IMG/VR virus record: IMGVR_UViG_3300048576_000363
Coordinates: 1 to 64,000 of that record
Source of the DNA: an uncultured virus (IMG/VR IMGVR_UViG_3300048576_000363)
Lineage: Duplodnaviria; Heunggongvirae; Uroviricota; Caudoviricetes
Length of the DNA: 64,000 bases
Direction: 5' to 3' (one strand)
The translations under genes and the position numbers were made by a program. Numbering within the stretch: the stretch's first letter is position 1; each line of letters begins with the position of its first letter. The notes under the pieces were generated by a model, which was not told the DNA's origin, did not search any database, and saw only the letters and a list, made by a program, of their open reading frames with translations. This document shows positions 30,213 to 40,454 of the stretch, piece by piece.

Positions 30213-31592
30213 TTACCTTTTTAACATAACATTTAGATTTTTTCTTGCGGGTTCAAATTTTGGATTTATAGCAAGAGATTTTTTAAACATTTTTATAGAT
30301 TTTTCAACACTTGTTCCTGATAACTCTATACCTTTTTCATTATAGATTTTTTCTAACAAACCTGTTGTCAATGTATATTCTTTATCCATTTTTAAAGATT
30401 TTTCAAGAATAGTAATAGCTTCATCATATTTTTTTAAAACACCACAACAAAATGCAAAATCAGTTAATGCTTTCACATCATAAGTCTTCTGTACGACTTT
30501 TTTAAATGCATAATATGCATCTTCAAATCTTTCTTGCTTTGCATAACAAACACCAAGATGTATCAAAGCGTATTCAGACTCTTCTATGTCAATAGATTGT
30601 AAAAAAAGTTTTTCAGCTTGTTGAAAATCATTTAACAAATTCATTGTTGTGCCTAAATATGCTAGCGCATAATGATCTTTTGCATCTTTATTTAGAAGTT
30701 TTTCCCATACTGTCAAAGCTTTTTCATAGTTTTCTAAACCTAAGTATTGAGTCCCAAGATCGTAAAGTATTTTTTTATCAGCACAAGTTTTTAAAACTTC
30801 ATCAGCAATTTTGCTTTTTAAATAACTTAATGCTTTATCAGCAAGCAAGCCATTTTGTCTAATTAATTTAGGACCCCATTTTTTTACTAAAGTACTATAT
30901 GAATATCTCACAAGATGATTTCTTTTTTCGCCATAAGATTGATTCGAATAATGATACACATACACTTCATCACAAATTACTAATTTGAATTTCTTCTGTT
31001 GTATACGTAAAACAAAATCATCTTCACTCCCATAATGAGGGAAAACTCTTGCATCTAACAAACCTACTTGTTTTATCACAAGCGAAGAAATAAAAAAACA
31101 AAAACCATTTACAAAACCTGTACTTGGGTACTTTTTTTCAGACAATGATACTATAAACTTCCCATACTCTTCAATAGATTCTTCTTTAACTGCTTCTTTG
31201 CCTACAGATTGTGTTGTTGCACAATTAGACAAAACACCTATGCATCCGACATCTTTTTTATTTTCCCAAAAACTAGATATTTTTTCAAGCCAGTCTTCAG
31301 TTACAATTTTAGTATCAGAATTAAGCAAACAAACATAATCAAAGTTTTTACTTAATTGCATCCCAAGATTACAACTAATAGAAAAACCTTTTGCAGTATT
31401 ATTACGAACAAGTTGTTGAACAATGCCTTCGTTATGTAACTCTTGACAAAAGTCTGCAGTTTCTTTATCTGAAGCATCATCAATCAAAATAATTTGATAA
31501 TGAGATTTCTTTGATTTTTCAACAATTGAATCAATACAAATTTGCAACAAATGTTTTTGATTATGAACAGGTATAACAATTGAAGTACTCAT
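30213..31592 (-). CDS. GT2 glycosyltransferase + TPR
   Basis: SIVIPVHN, IDDAS, LLNSD, SEDDF; C-terminal TPR block homologous to that of 25453..28455. Confidence 0.88.
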   Translation of the reverse strand: MSTSIVIPVHNQKHLLQICIDSIVEKSKKSHYQIILIDDASDKETADFCQELHNEGIVQQLVRNNTAKGFSISCNLGMQLSKNFDYVCLLNSDTKIVTEDWLEKISSFWENKKDVGCIGVLSNCATTQSVGKEAVKEESIEEYGKFIVSLSEKKYPSTGFVNGFCFFISSLVIKQVGLLDARVFPHYGSEDDFVLRIQQKKFKLVICDEVYVYHYSNQSYGEKRNHLVRYSYSTLVKKWGPKLIRQNGLLADKALSYLKSKIADEVLKTCADKKILYDLGTQYLGLENYEKALTVWEKLLNKDAKDHYALAYLGTTMNLLNDFQQAEKLFLQSIDIEESEYALIHLGVCYAKQERFEDAYYAFKKVVQKTYDVKALTDFAFCCGVLKKYDEAITILEKSLKMDKEYTLTTGLLEKIYNEKGIELSGTSVEKSIKMFKKSLAINPKFEPARKNLNVMLKR

Positions 31593-32569
31593 TAAAATAA
31601 TCTCTCAATATTGCTTATTGTTTTTTCCCACGTAAACTTTTTTATTGTCTTCTCAATATTTTTTTTAAACTCTGTTGCAAGTCTCGGATGTCTCAAAAGA
31701 TACTTTGATTTTTCAAAAACATCCTCTTCATCTTGTTTTTTTGCGACAACACAAGTCTTACCATCAAAAAAAACATCACCAAAAGCACCATCACAAACAA
31801 CGGAGGGACAACCACATAGTGCTGCTTCTATAGGTGTCAAATTTAAACCTTCTGAAATTGAAGGCATTATAAAAATGCTACATTCATTGAAAACTTGTCT
31901 TATCTCGTCTTGTGTGGCATCTAAATATTGCGAAATAATTCTTGAAGGATGTTTTGCTTTTTCAAAATCATTTCTTGAACCAAAAATAATAGTACCATCA
32001 ATCAAATTTTGTTGTTGCAATCTATTGCAAACTTTCACACCTAAACTATATTGCTTATCAGGAGAATTGTGATAAAGAAGAGATGCATATCTTGACCTTT
32101 CGATTTTACTTTCTTCAAAAAAATGCTTTTTTGAATCTAAACCAAAACCTATACAGGCACATTGTATTCCTTCTTGCTCTATAGCTTTTTTAATTTTTAA
32201 AGTACTTGATGTTACAATAACTTTAGGATTTAAGACGTTTTTTCGCTCTCTTTCAAAACACATACCATAACTCAACATATAAATGATAACTTTTTTGACT
32301 TGTGGTAATCTTGTCAAAAACTCAGTATAAGGATTGTCTGAGTATGTAATCACTATATCAGCTGAAGGAAAAGTATAGTCTGGAAGACCCACACTGTATG
32401 AAATTGAAATCTCTTTGTTATAATCTAAATCTGAATTAAAATTTTGAGCTCTTACATGTACTCTATGTTTTTTATTAAGAGCTATAGCTAGTTGCATCAT
32501 GTGTTGGATGCCACCACTTGTTTTTGAATAAAAAGGAATTTCGACAACAATATTCATTTTTAAGACCAA
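31592..32569 (-). CDS. GT4 (GT-B) glycosyltransferase
   Basis: TSGG near the N-terminus, PSISEGLNLTPIEAALCGCP, FTWE. Confidence 0.88.
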   Translation of the reverse strand: MVLKMNIVVEIPFYSKTSGGIQHMMQLAIALNKKHRVHVRAQNFNSDLDYNKEISISYSVGLPDYTFPSADIVITYSDNPYTEFLTRLPQVKKVIIYMLSYGMCFERERKNVLNPKVIVTSSTLKIKKAIEQEGIQCACIGFGLDSKKHFFEESKIERSRYASLLYHNSPDKQYSLGVKVCNRLQQQNLIDGTIIFGSRNDFEKAKHPSRIISQYLDATQDEIRQVFNECSIFIMPSISEGLNLTPIEAALCGCPSVVCDGAFGDVFFDGKTCVVAKKQDEEDVFEKSKYLLRHPRLATEFKKNIEKTIKKFTWEKTISNIERLF

Positions 32570-32570
32570 A

Positions 32571-34085
32571 TTAAAGTAAAGGTTTTATATATGCTTCAGG
32601 TCCTTTGTTTGGACTTCTTGTATCTTTACCTACCCAAGAGTCAAAAACACTACCAATGTCTACTGCAACACCACCTGAAGATGAAAAAACACAACCTAAA
32701 ATCTTTCCAACAAAACCTGCGCCATACAAGAAAAGCTCACCTTGACGTGGTTTTGATTTTATTATACTTTCTATATCTTGTATTTGCTTGATGAAATTTC
32801 TTGATGTACTTTTTACAGTTTCATATACTTGCTCACCAGATATCAAATGTTGTTCAATCTGCTCTATGTTCGGGTATTTTAAACTTATTTTTTCTTTTAC
32901 ATCTCTTGACGAAACAAGAAACAACTTTTTCGTCTCTTTAAAAATTTTGTCATAACAATTTTCATGTAATAATTCATAATGTACATCTATTGTACAAAAC
33001 TTGTTACATTTCCAGTTTTGTGGATTTTTAGTTTTTAGCTCTATGTAATAATCTTCAATGTTCTTCCAATAAACACTCGACCTTTTGTGATATGTTGTGG
33101 GTAAACCTAATACGTCAGCATGCATAATACTTTCGTTTATATTGTTTTTTACTTGCTCAAGTTCTAGATCAGACAACATATATCCTAATTGTTGTTCGCA
33201 ATGCATTTGCATTCTATTTCTATCTTGACCAAAATATAACATCTCTCCGTCACCAATACGTAAAACAAATAGAGATTTTTGGTTTTTAAGCGACTCAACA
33301 ACTAAGTCAGCAACTTGTTTTGCGTTAAAATTAATCTGTATATTTTTTTTGTTTTTGTATTTGTTAATATCACCTATATCACGTTTAGAATAAAAATCTA
33401 ACAAATGAGTCTTATCCATACCCCAAGCATCTTCTAACATTTTTCTGTTTACATCTAACGTTTTTCTTTCATAACCTTCAGAAGTATGAAAAAGGTGATA
33501 TGCATCAAAAGCAAGTTTTTTAAAATTTAACAAAGTTCTTATTTTATAAGAAAATAAATTATCATCAGCACCCCAACCCACAAAATCTTCATCAAATCCG
33601 TTTATACGAAGAAAACAAGATTTTTTAATCAAAAAAACTGCTGAACAAAAATCAATGCCTATTCTTACAGATGTCTTTTTTGAAATAAAAGGTTCTTCAT
33701 TTTCTTCAAGATCTAAAAGGTGTTTTTTAGGATCAATTGCATCAAAAGTCTTACAAGCAAGAACACATTCATAAAGATCTTTAAATTTCATGACTGTGTC
33801 ACAATCAGCATACACTAAAATATTTGTCGTCGCTGCTTTCGCAGCAATATTACATGCCCAACCCTTGTTAAATGCAGAATCGTTAAAAACAAAAATATGT
33901 TTGCAATTTTTTGGAAGCAAAAAATCTATTGTACTTTGAGAATCTTGCTCGACTAAAATAATTTCAAAATTGTAAGACTTATTATCATCTAACCATTTTA
34001 AAACTTTTTTAAGACAATGCTCTCTCCCGCCTCTTTTCCTATAGACTAAAATATAAGAAAATAATGGAGTTTTTTTAAAATTCAT
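32571..34085 (-). CDS. Fused glycosyltransferase: GT2/GT7-like domain + GT-D-fold-like domain
   Basis: LVEQD, FNKGWACN, DCD, INGFDEDFVGWGADD, HLFH; second domain SLFVLRIGDGE...LYGAG..GK...AVDIGSVFD. Confidence 0.8.
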   Translation of the reverse strand: MNFKKTPLFSYILVYRKRGGREHCLKKVLKWLDDNKSYNFEIILVEQDSQSTIDFLLPKNCKHIFVFNDSAFNKGWACNIAAKAATTNILVYADCDTVMKFKDLYECVLACKTFDAIDPKKHLLDLEENEEPFISKKTSVRIGIDFCSAVFLIKKSCFLRINGFDEDFVGWGADDNLFSYKIRTLLNFKKLAFDAYHLFHTSEGYERKTLDVNRKMLEDAWGMDKTHLLDFYSKRDIGDINKYKNKKNIQINFNAKQVADLVVESLKNQKSLFVLRIGDGEMLYFGQDRNRMQMHCEQQLGYMLSDLELEQVKNNINESIMHADVLGLPTTYHKRSSVYWKNIEDYYIELKTKNPQNWKCNKFCTIDVHYELLHENCYDKIFKETKKLFLVSSRDVKEKISLKYPNIEQIEQHLISGEQVYETVKSTSRNFIKQIQDIESIIKSKPRQGELFLYGAGFVGKILGCVFSSSGGVAVDIGSVFDSWVGKDTRSPNKGPEAYIKPLL

Positions 34086-34729
34086 ATTTTTCCGTTTTGC
34101 TGTTTATTATATTGTTCAATTTCAAACTCAAAATCAGTTGTCTTTCTCCACGACAAACTCCAGTGATGAACAGCATAAGAGTTTGGAAACTCTTTAGCTG
34201 CAATATATGGACTGTTGCATAAATATGGATAGAAAAAATTTGTGGGTATTGTCGCTACATTCCAACCTATTTCTTGTATTGCTTCTGTCATCAAAGTAGG
34301 TCCCCAAGGTGGCGGCAACATATAATATCTATGCAAGTTTTTATACTGATAAACTATCCATTCATGCTGCTTTATAGCTCCAAATATAGCATTACAATAT
34401 AAATTGGGAGTTTCTTTACAAGAAAATGCTTCAAAAATCAAGAAATCATCAATGTTTTTATTCCATTCAAAATCCATATCGCAATAAACACCACCATAAT
34501 TCATAATAGCATATAATCTAACAATATTTGATTTTGAACTAAATTGTTGAGCTGAGTTAGTCATTGTAACTAACTCAGTGTTTTTACATATCTCACGATC
34601 TGTCCATAATTTGTATTGCCAATCAGGATGCAAATCTTGCCACTCGTTCTTCCATCGAATAAATGGCTCTGGAATTTTATTCTGACCTAACCACACTTGA
34701 TGTAAAATTTTAGGTATTATTTTACTCAT
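34082..34729 (-). CDS. GT32-like DXD glycosyltransferase
   Basis: IPKILHQVW, HPDWQYKLWTD, RL...YGGVYCDMD, GP, YAVHHW..SW. Confidence 0.88.
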   Translation of the reverse strand: MSKIIPKILHQVWLGQNKIPEPFIRWKNEWQDLHPDWQYKLWTDREICKNTELVTMTNSAQQFSSKSNIVRLYAIMNYGGVYCDMDFEWNKNIDDFLIFEAFSCKETPNLYCNAIFGAIKQHEWIVYQYKNLHRYYMLPPPWGPTLMTEAIQEIGWNVATIPTNFFYPYLCNSPYIAAKEFPNSYAVHHWSLSWRKTTDFEFEIEQYNKQQNGKI

Positions 34730-35061
34730 TGTATCTTATCATGACCTTGTCTTGTCATATCAGGTAATGAAACATTATACATAGGTCTTTTCTCGTAAAG
34801 CATGTCCATATCATAAATATTTAGATCCCTTGCTCTATTTCGAGCATGCAAAGCTCTCATTGGTCTAAAATCTTGATAAACACGATTTTCAACAGGATTT
34901 CCACCACTTTTGTCAGAACCTTTAGGAATAATGCTGTCAATTTTTTGTTCAACACGAACAGCATCAGGAGAGTTCTTGGGCAACTCTCCAACTTCTTTTC
35001 TTAAAGGTCCTCGTCTATATGTTGCTGTCGGTGCAATTACGAGATTGTCCATTATGCCCAA
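34726..35061 (-). CDS. Hypothetical protein
   Basis: Overlaps both neighbours, co-oriented. Confidence 0.55.
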   Translation of the reverse strand: MGIMDNLVIAPTATYRRGPLRKEVGELPKNSPDAVRVEQKIDSIIPKGSDKSGGNPVENRVYQDFRPMRALHARNRARDLNIYDMDMLYEKRPMYNVSLPDMTRQGHDKIQ

Positions 35062-35636
35062 ATCCTTGTGAATGATCTTTCAAACAAATGAATTCGTCCT
35101 TTTGAGTCTTTTCTCGGGTTGTTTTTATAATAACAATTTTGATAATTTCCTTCACCTTTAACATAAAGAAAATTTGCAGCTTTTGCAAAAACATGTGCTT
35201 GCGAAAATCTAGTTGCAGGATTTCTAACGGTCCTTAACACAGGTCGATCAACTTGTTTAAAAGTCGGCGCTGGATAATTTCCTGAAGGATTAAACCATGC
35301 ACCATTATTCATTCCTTCATCTACTAAATATTTGTCAGCTTCAAGTTGTGGTTTTTCAACATCAGCTTTTAAATTTTTTCTTCTAATTGCCCATTGATTA
35401 AGCATCTCATTGTTGGTTGTCACTGTCATAGGAATCGTTGTTTCATTTATACTATATTGCGATCCTGACACCATAAACTCTGGAAAATTATTTAAAGTTT
35501 CTTGTTCTGAAACAAATTGTTGAAGAGGTCTTCCTGGTTGTTTCCTTGAAACATCAAACTGGTCACGCTCAATACTTGAAAACTTAATATTGCGTTTTGC
35601 AGGATCTGCTATAATAATCCCATGTAATGTTGACAT
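35052..35636 (-). CDS. Hypothetical protein
   Basis: AAAGGA RBS; 194 aa. Confidence 0.6.
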   Translation of the reverse strand: MSTLHGIIIADPAKRNIKFSSIERDQFDVSRKQPGRPLQQFVSEQETLNNFPEFMVSGSQYSINETTIPMTVTTNNEMLNQWAIRRKNLKADVEKPQLEADKYLVDEGMNNGAWFNPSGNYPAPTFKQVDRPVLRTVRNPATRFSQAHVFAKAANFLYVKGEGNYQNCYYKNNPRKDSKGRIHLFERSFTRIWA

Positions 35637-35654
35637 AATTTATCCTTTCAATTA

Positions 35655-38600
35655 TTATTTATGTTCTCTATCTTTCATGTTAGGTAAGTTTACACCAGAA
35701 AATAAAGATTTTATTTTCGGTAATCTTAGTTTGCTATCATCTTTTCCAGAAATAATAATACCTTCATAGGTACGTCCTGCAATAGCAAGTTCTTTACAAA
35801 AAATCATAACAGGAGAATTTTGAATAATTGTACTCTCAGCTACAAAATAAACATCATAGTTTTTTGAAGATCTCAAACCTGTCAATGTAAGAATATTAGC
35901 TACATTAGTTTGAACAACTACGTTGCTATTAATTGCATTTTTATTCTTTGAGTTTTTACCTGCTTTAACTTGAGCTGACGTAGGTGCTTCAGAACCTGAA
36001 GTGACAGCTACAGCATAACATTTACCTTGTGAACGTAGACCTACTAAAAAAGTACATGTTTTCGAATCACGAACTTGCAAAGAAGGTAACAAATCCATCC
36101 ATACAGGCGGGAAAATGACACCACCTGAATTTGCTCCTATACCTGAACGAGGTTTTCCCCATAGATCTAATTCATAGTCAGTGTATGGTGAAACACCTGG
36201 TTGCGGTGATACTGGGACATTAGCATACATATTAGTGATAGTAAAAGCAGTTTCTGGAGCATCCCATGCAGGCCATTCAGATGTCAATCCTCCATTAGGA
36301 ATAAAAACTGTATTTTCATATTTCTTATGTGTTACTTTAAGATAAACCACAGAACAGTTAATAAAAGTAGCACTTACTGAATTATCAACTACATAATCAA
36401 TTGCACAATTTATAAAATTTTGATCTCCACCTTGTAAACTATGTACTTTAAATGCACAATCTACAGCAGTAAATCCTGATCCTGCATACAAATTTATATT
36501 GTTTGCTTTTACAGAACAACCTCTAATTGTTTCTGTAGAAAAAACCTGCGTCTCTTGAAGTAAAATCAAATACATATTAAAAAACTTTGTATTTGAATTT
36601 GTCACTTTTGAAAGTGCTTGTAAAATACCATCAGCTATTGTCGTGTTTGTTGCAACAAATGAACTGCTTGTTGATATTCTCCAAGGTCCATTTTCAACAG
36701 CATTCCAAGCTCTATAAACTAGATTTTGTACTGGATTATATTGTGACCAAAAAACTACTTGTTGATGAAAAGTTGCAGTTCCTTTCATATAAAAAACAGT
36801 ATTGTTCTCGACAGTAGACAATTTACTTTGCCAATCTTCAATAGATAATGCGTCATTTATTGTTCCTGTACCACTATTAGATTTATTCAAATCTACATAG
36901 TAAATTTCACCTGTCGGGCGTAAATCTAACTTTACTATATCAGATTGTACATCATGAGTTGATTTGTCAGCTACAAAATATACGTCATAATCAACACCTG
37001 TTATAAGATTTGAAGCTGTCAGTGTTGATTCAGTAGATCCTGAAATGACACTACCTGAAAACCCAACACTTACTGTTTCACCATTAGCATTTTGTCCTGA
37101 TAAAATTTGATTTGTTGTTGGTGCTGTTGCACCATGCGGTACAATTACAAATCTTGCAATACCATCAACATCAGTTGCCACTTTAAATGTCGCACTTGTT
37201 CCAGATATACTACTAATTTTGGGATATGTAGTTACCCAATTGATAAACAATAAAGCTCTAGTAAATCCTGTGCCTATAGTTTGTCTTGGTACTCCCCATA
37301 AATCTGTCTCATAACCCGTGTATGGAATCAAACCAGGCTGTGGGGGTGTTGTAACATCTTCATAAAGAAAACCTGTTGAAAAGTCTTCTTTAGGTTGCCA
37401 AAATTCTGGGAACGGTGGTGGATACCAATTGTTTTGGCAATTCGATTTAACAAGATTACCTGAAGATTTATTAAAAGCACAATTGACAGCTGTTCCAGAT
37501 CCAGAAGATGCAATTGCACCTGTAACTTTAAAAGCACTGCTTTCTAGTTCAGCTGAAACAGGATCAAAATCCCCAGATACTGAAACTAAACAACCCTTCA
37601 TAGTAACTTTACTAGAAGAAACAACAGATTCATTAAAAGTAACTTGACAATTAAGAAAAACAGCATCACTTGGGTCTGAACAACTAATAAGAATACCACC
37701 ATTTATAGTACAATTTGCAACACCATTTGCACGTATTGCCCAAGGTCCATTTATATCAGGACGCCAAGGTAAGTAATTATGCGATGAAGAAACATTAAAA
37801 GTACCAGAATTACTTGATTCTCTGCCTTTCATAAAAAATGTATGAGACAAGATAGGATAGTCATAAATTAGTATCTGCCATTCTTGCCAATCAAGAGGAT
37901 TAAGAGGTCCACCAATAGGATGTGAAGGGTTAGAAATAACTGTGTCTCCTTGTAAATCTACGTACTGTACACAATCAGTACTTATTCCAATACCAACTCT
38001 ATTATCACCCCATATCTCTTTATCATAATTATCTGGAACTTCTATAGGATTATCGGGGATAAAATCTGTAAAAGGTACTGTACCTGGATTTGGTGGATAA
38101 TTCACAAAATGAGGTGCAAGACTATTTAGTTTATAATATAATCCTCTAAATGCTTCTTTATCACTATTAAAAGTAGGATGTCCATAGTAAGCTGAAGACC
38201 ATGATTCATAATTTGTACAAGGATATGGTGCTGAGCCACTATTAGAAATACAATTATAATGCTGTATAGAAGTAGAAAATGATGATGCTACTATTGCACA
38301 ATCATTTATTGTTGTTCCTAAAGATACAGGTTGATAAGAACCACTTGAAACTAAATGGCAACCTTTCATTGTTCCTTGTACAAAATTTCTACATTTTATG
38401 TAACATGTCGAAAAATAATAGTTACCTCCTGTTATATCAATGTTATTTAACCAAAACACACCACCCCTTAAAAAAGCCGAAGCTCCTGATGCAAGATGTC
38501 TGCTTAAACTCATACGCCAAGGACCATTTATTAAAGGATCCCAAGGTAAATAATAATTGATTATGCTACCACTAGTATCAAAAGATATATCTATTGTACT

Positions 38601-38756
38601 TGTAACATCTTCAATAGATCCCTTAGTATAAATAACATATCCTTGATTTGTCGAGATAGAAGTTTGCCAATCAACAACAGACCACGGATCACTCTCTAAC
38701 CCACTGTGATTCGAACCAACAGCATTTAGATCTAAATATCTTGTAAGTAAAGCCAT
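35655..38756 (-). CDS. Modular virion surface protein (three beta-helix-like modules, two FN3/Ig-like modules)
   Basis: Repeated YVDL...KG...W...NGPW...PG..PYT.YE.DLWG..R..IG modules and AP...Q(I/V).(S/A)G...L.....YDVYFVA modules. Confidence 0.6.
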   Translation of the reverse strand: MALLTRYLDLNAVGSNHSGLESDPWSVVDWQTSISTNQGYVIYTKGSIEDVTSTIDISFDTSGSIINYYLPWDPLINGPWRMSLSRHLASGASAFLRGGVFWLNNIDITGGNYYFSTCYIKCRNFVQGTMKGCHLVSSGSYQPVSLGTTINDCAIVASSFSTSIQHYNCISNSGSAPYPCTNYESWSSAYYGHPTFNSDKEAFRGLYYKLNSLAPHFVNYPPNPGTVPFTDFIPDNPIEVPDNYDKEIWGDNRVGIGISTDCVQYVDLQGDTVISNPSHPIGGPLNPLDWQEWQILIYDYPILSHTFFMKGRESSNSGTFNVSSSHNYLPWRPDINGPWAIRANGVANCTINGGILISCSDPSDAVFLNCQVTFNESVVSSSKVTMKGCLVSVSGDFDPVSAELESSAFKVTGAIASSGSGTAVNCAFNKSSGNLVKSNCQNNWYPPPFPEFWQPKEDFSTGFLYEDVTTPPQPGLIPYTGYETDLWGVPRQTIGTGFTRALLFINWVTTYPKISSISGTSATFKVATDVDGIARFVIVPHGATAPTTNQILSGQNANGETVSVGFSGSVISGSTESTLTASNLITGVDYDVYFVADKSTHDVQSDIVKLDLRPTGEIYYVDLNKSNSGTGTINDALSIEDWQSKLSTVENNTVFYMKGTATFHQQVVFWSQYNPVQNLVYRAWNAVENGPWRISTSSSFVATNTTIADGILQALSKVTNSNTKFFNMYLILLQETQVFSTETIRGCSVKANNINLYAGSGFTAVDCAFKVHSLQGGDQNFINCAIDYVVDNSVSATFINCSVVYLKVTHKKYENTVFIPNGGLTSEWPAWDAPETAFTITNMYANVPVSPQPGVSPYTDYELDLWGKPRSGIGANSGGVIFPPVWMDLLPSLQVRDSKTCTFLVGLRSQGKCYAVAVTSGSEAPTSAQVKAGKNSKNKNAINSNVVVQTNVANILTLTGLRSSKNYDVYFVAESTIIQNSPVMIFCKELAIAGRTYEGIIISGKDDSKLRLPKIKSLFSGVNLPNMKDREHK

Positions 38757-38822
38757 ATAACACTCCTTTTAAAAACGCAATTACTTGCAAATTATAAACA
38801 TAAGACTAAACTCTTGAGAGAA

Positions 38823-38859
38823 AACAAAAAAGCAGGAAAATTCTTCCTGCTTTTTTGTT
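38823..38859. terminator. Bidirectional-type Rho-independent terminator
   Basis: AACAAAAAAGCAGGAA-aattc-TTCCTGCTTTTTTGTT perfect inverted repeat with A/T tracts. Confidence 0.8.
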
Positions 38860-38882
38860 GTAGATTTTTACTTTAAAGCATT

Positions 38883-40442
38883 CTATTTTTTATTTGGTAG
38901 AATGATATTTCTAAACATTGAAGTAACTTTAGGTAACGAAGAATCTACTTCGCTTTTTCCTGCAAGAACAACATTATACAAAGTATGACCTGGTTTTTCT
39001 GGATTTATAGGCTCTACTTTAGGTACTTCAATTGTTAACATAACTGGCTCATCTTGAAGTGATTCACTTTCAGCTACAAAATACACGTCATATGTTCCGT
39101 TAGTTAAATTTATAGCACTCAAACTCATTTCGACATTTTCTAGAAGAGCTACACTGCCTGAATATCCATGTGGAACTAATTGTCCTAAACCATTCATTCC
39201 TGCTTTCACTTGAACAGAAGAAGGAGCTGTAGAACTATTAGATACAACAACAAAATATGCAATACCTTCCATGTTTATCTTGACAAAGAAATTAGCATTA
39301 GTGTAACGTACTATAGAAACTTTAGGATATGTTAAAACCCAATCAGGTGCTGTAACAGGAACAGGTGTAACAAAAGGTATTGGTCCATAAACGTTATCTT
39401 GTAATAAATCTGCTTTAGCTACACAATAAATGTCATATTGCGAACCATTAGGAGTTAAACCTGTCATAGTAAAGTTATTTGACACATTTGCTATAAAACT
39501 TTGGTGACCATTTATAGCAGTTTGTCCTGAACTGTTTGTTCCTGCTTCAACTTGAGAAGGAGAAGGAGCTGTATCGCCTCTAGGTAGCACAACAGCATAA
39601 ACTGAACCATTTACGTCAATTGTTGCATCTATTCTAACAGAGTTAGTAGATATAGCTGTTGCTGATGGATTAACAACCCAAATTGGAACAATTGGTATAT
39701 AAGGCATATACCCTGTACCAATATTATTTCTTGAATTGCCCCACAAATCTGTTTCATATCCTGTATATGCTGGAGAACCAAAACCAGGCTTAGGTGGAGT
39801 AGTTATCCCAGCAAATATAACACTTGTGTCAAACAGTTCTTTTGCATCATTCCAATTTGGAAGACTTGATGGCGTAAAGTTCGTCTGGCAATTTTGATAA
39901 GTAAAACTTGGGTTTGTAGCACGAAGAGTACAATTTTTAAATGTGACATTTAAAGATGACGTGTTTGTTATTGTCGCGCTCGAAATTACACAGTCTTGAA
40001 AAAGACCTCCATTTATGTCTTGTACAACCAAACCTAAAGAAGAGTCATTATAAATATGAAAAGTACATCCCATAAAATTTGCTTTAGTACGACAATTAAT
40101 TTGCCAAGTTCTAAAATAACAATTATATGCTGCACTCACATTTTTAAAGTACAAAGGGTTTGCACCTGGGTCTATTATACAGCCACTTACAACAGGACAC
40201 GTATCAAACTCGACACCAACATTTCCCATTCTCCAAGGTCCATTTTCAACAGCATTCCAAACTAAAAAACTGTTATTTTTTAAAATAATATCACCTGATG
40301 TTTTAGACCCTGTCATATAGAAAGTATGACCTGTCGGGTTAGTATTAAGAAAAGTTTTCAAATCATCAAACGAATACGGATCCAAATCTGATCCTGCATG
40401 TCCATTTGTACCTAAACTAAGATTTACATAATAAGTTGCCAT
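38883..40442 (-). CDS. Modular virion surface protein, paralog of 35655..38756
   Basis: One beta-helix-like module, two FN3/Ig-like modules and a homologous C-terminal tail. Confidence 0.6.
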   Translation of the reverse strand: MATYYVNLSLGTNGHAGSDLDPYSFDDLKTFLNTNPTGHTFYMTGSKTSGDIILKNNSFLVWNAVENGPWRMGNVGVEFDTCPVVSGCIIDPGANPLYFKNVSAAYNCYFRTWQINCRTKANFMGCTFHIYNDSSLGLVVQDINGGLFQDCVISSATITNTSSLNVTFKNCTLRATNPSFTYQNCQTNFTPSSLPNWNDAKELFDTSVIFAGITTPPKPGFGSPAYTGYETDLWGNSRNNIGTGYMPYIPIVPIWVVNPSATAISTNSVRIDATIDVNGSVYAVVLPRGDTAPSPSQVEAGTNSSGQTAINGHQSFIANVSNNFTMTGLTPNGSQYDIYCVAKADLLQDNVYGPIPFVTPVPVTAPDWVLTYPKVSIVRYTNANFFVKINMEGIAYFVVVSNSSTAPSSVQVKAGMNGLGQLVPHGYSGSVALLENVEMSLSAINLTNGTYDVYFVAESESLQDEPVMLTIEVPKVEPINPEKPGHTLYNVVLAGKSEVDSSLPKVTSMFRNIILPNKK

Positions 40443-40454
40443 AAAAACTCCTTT

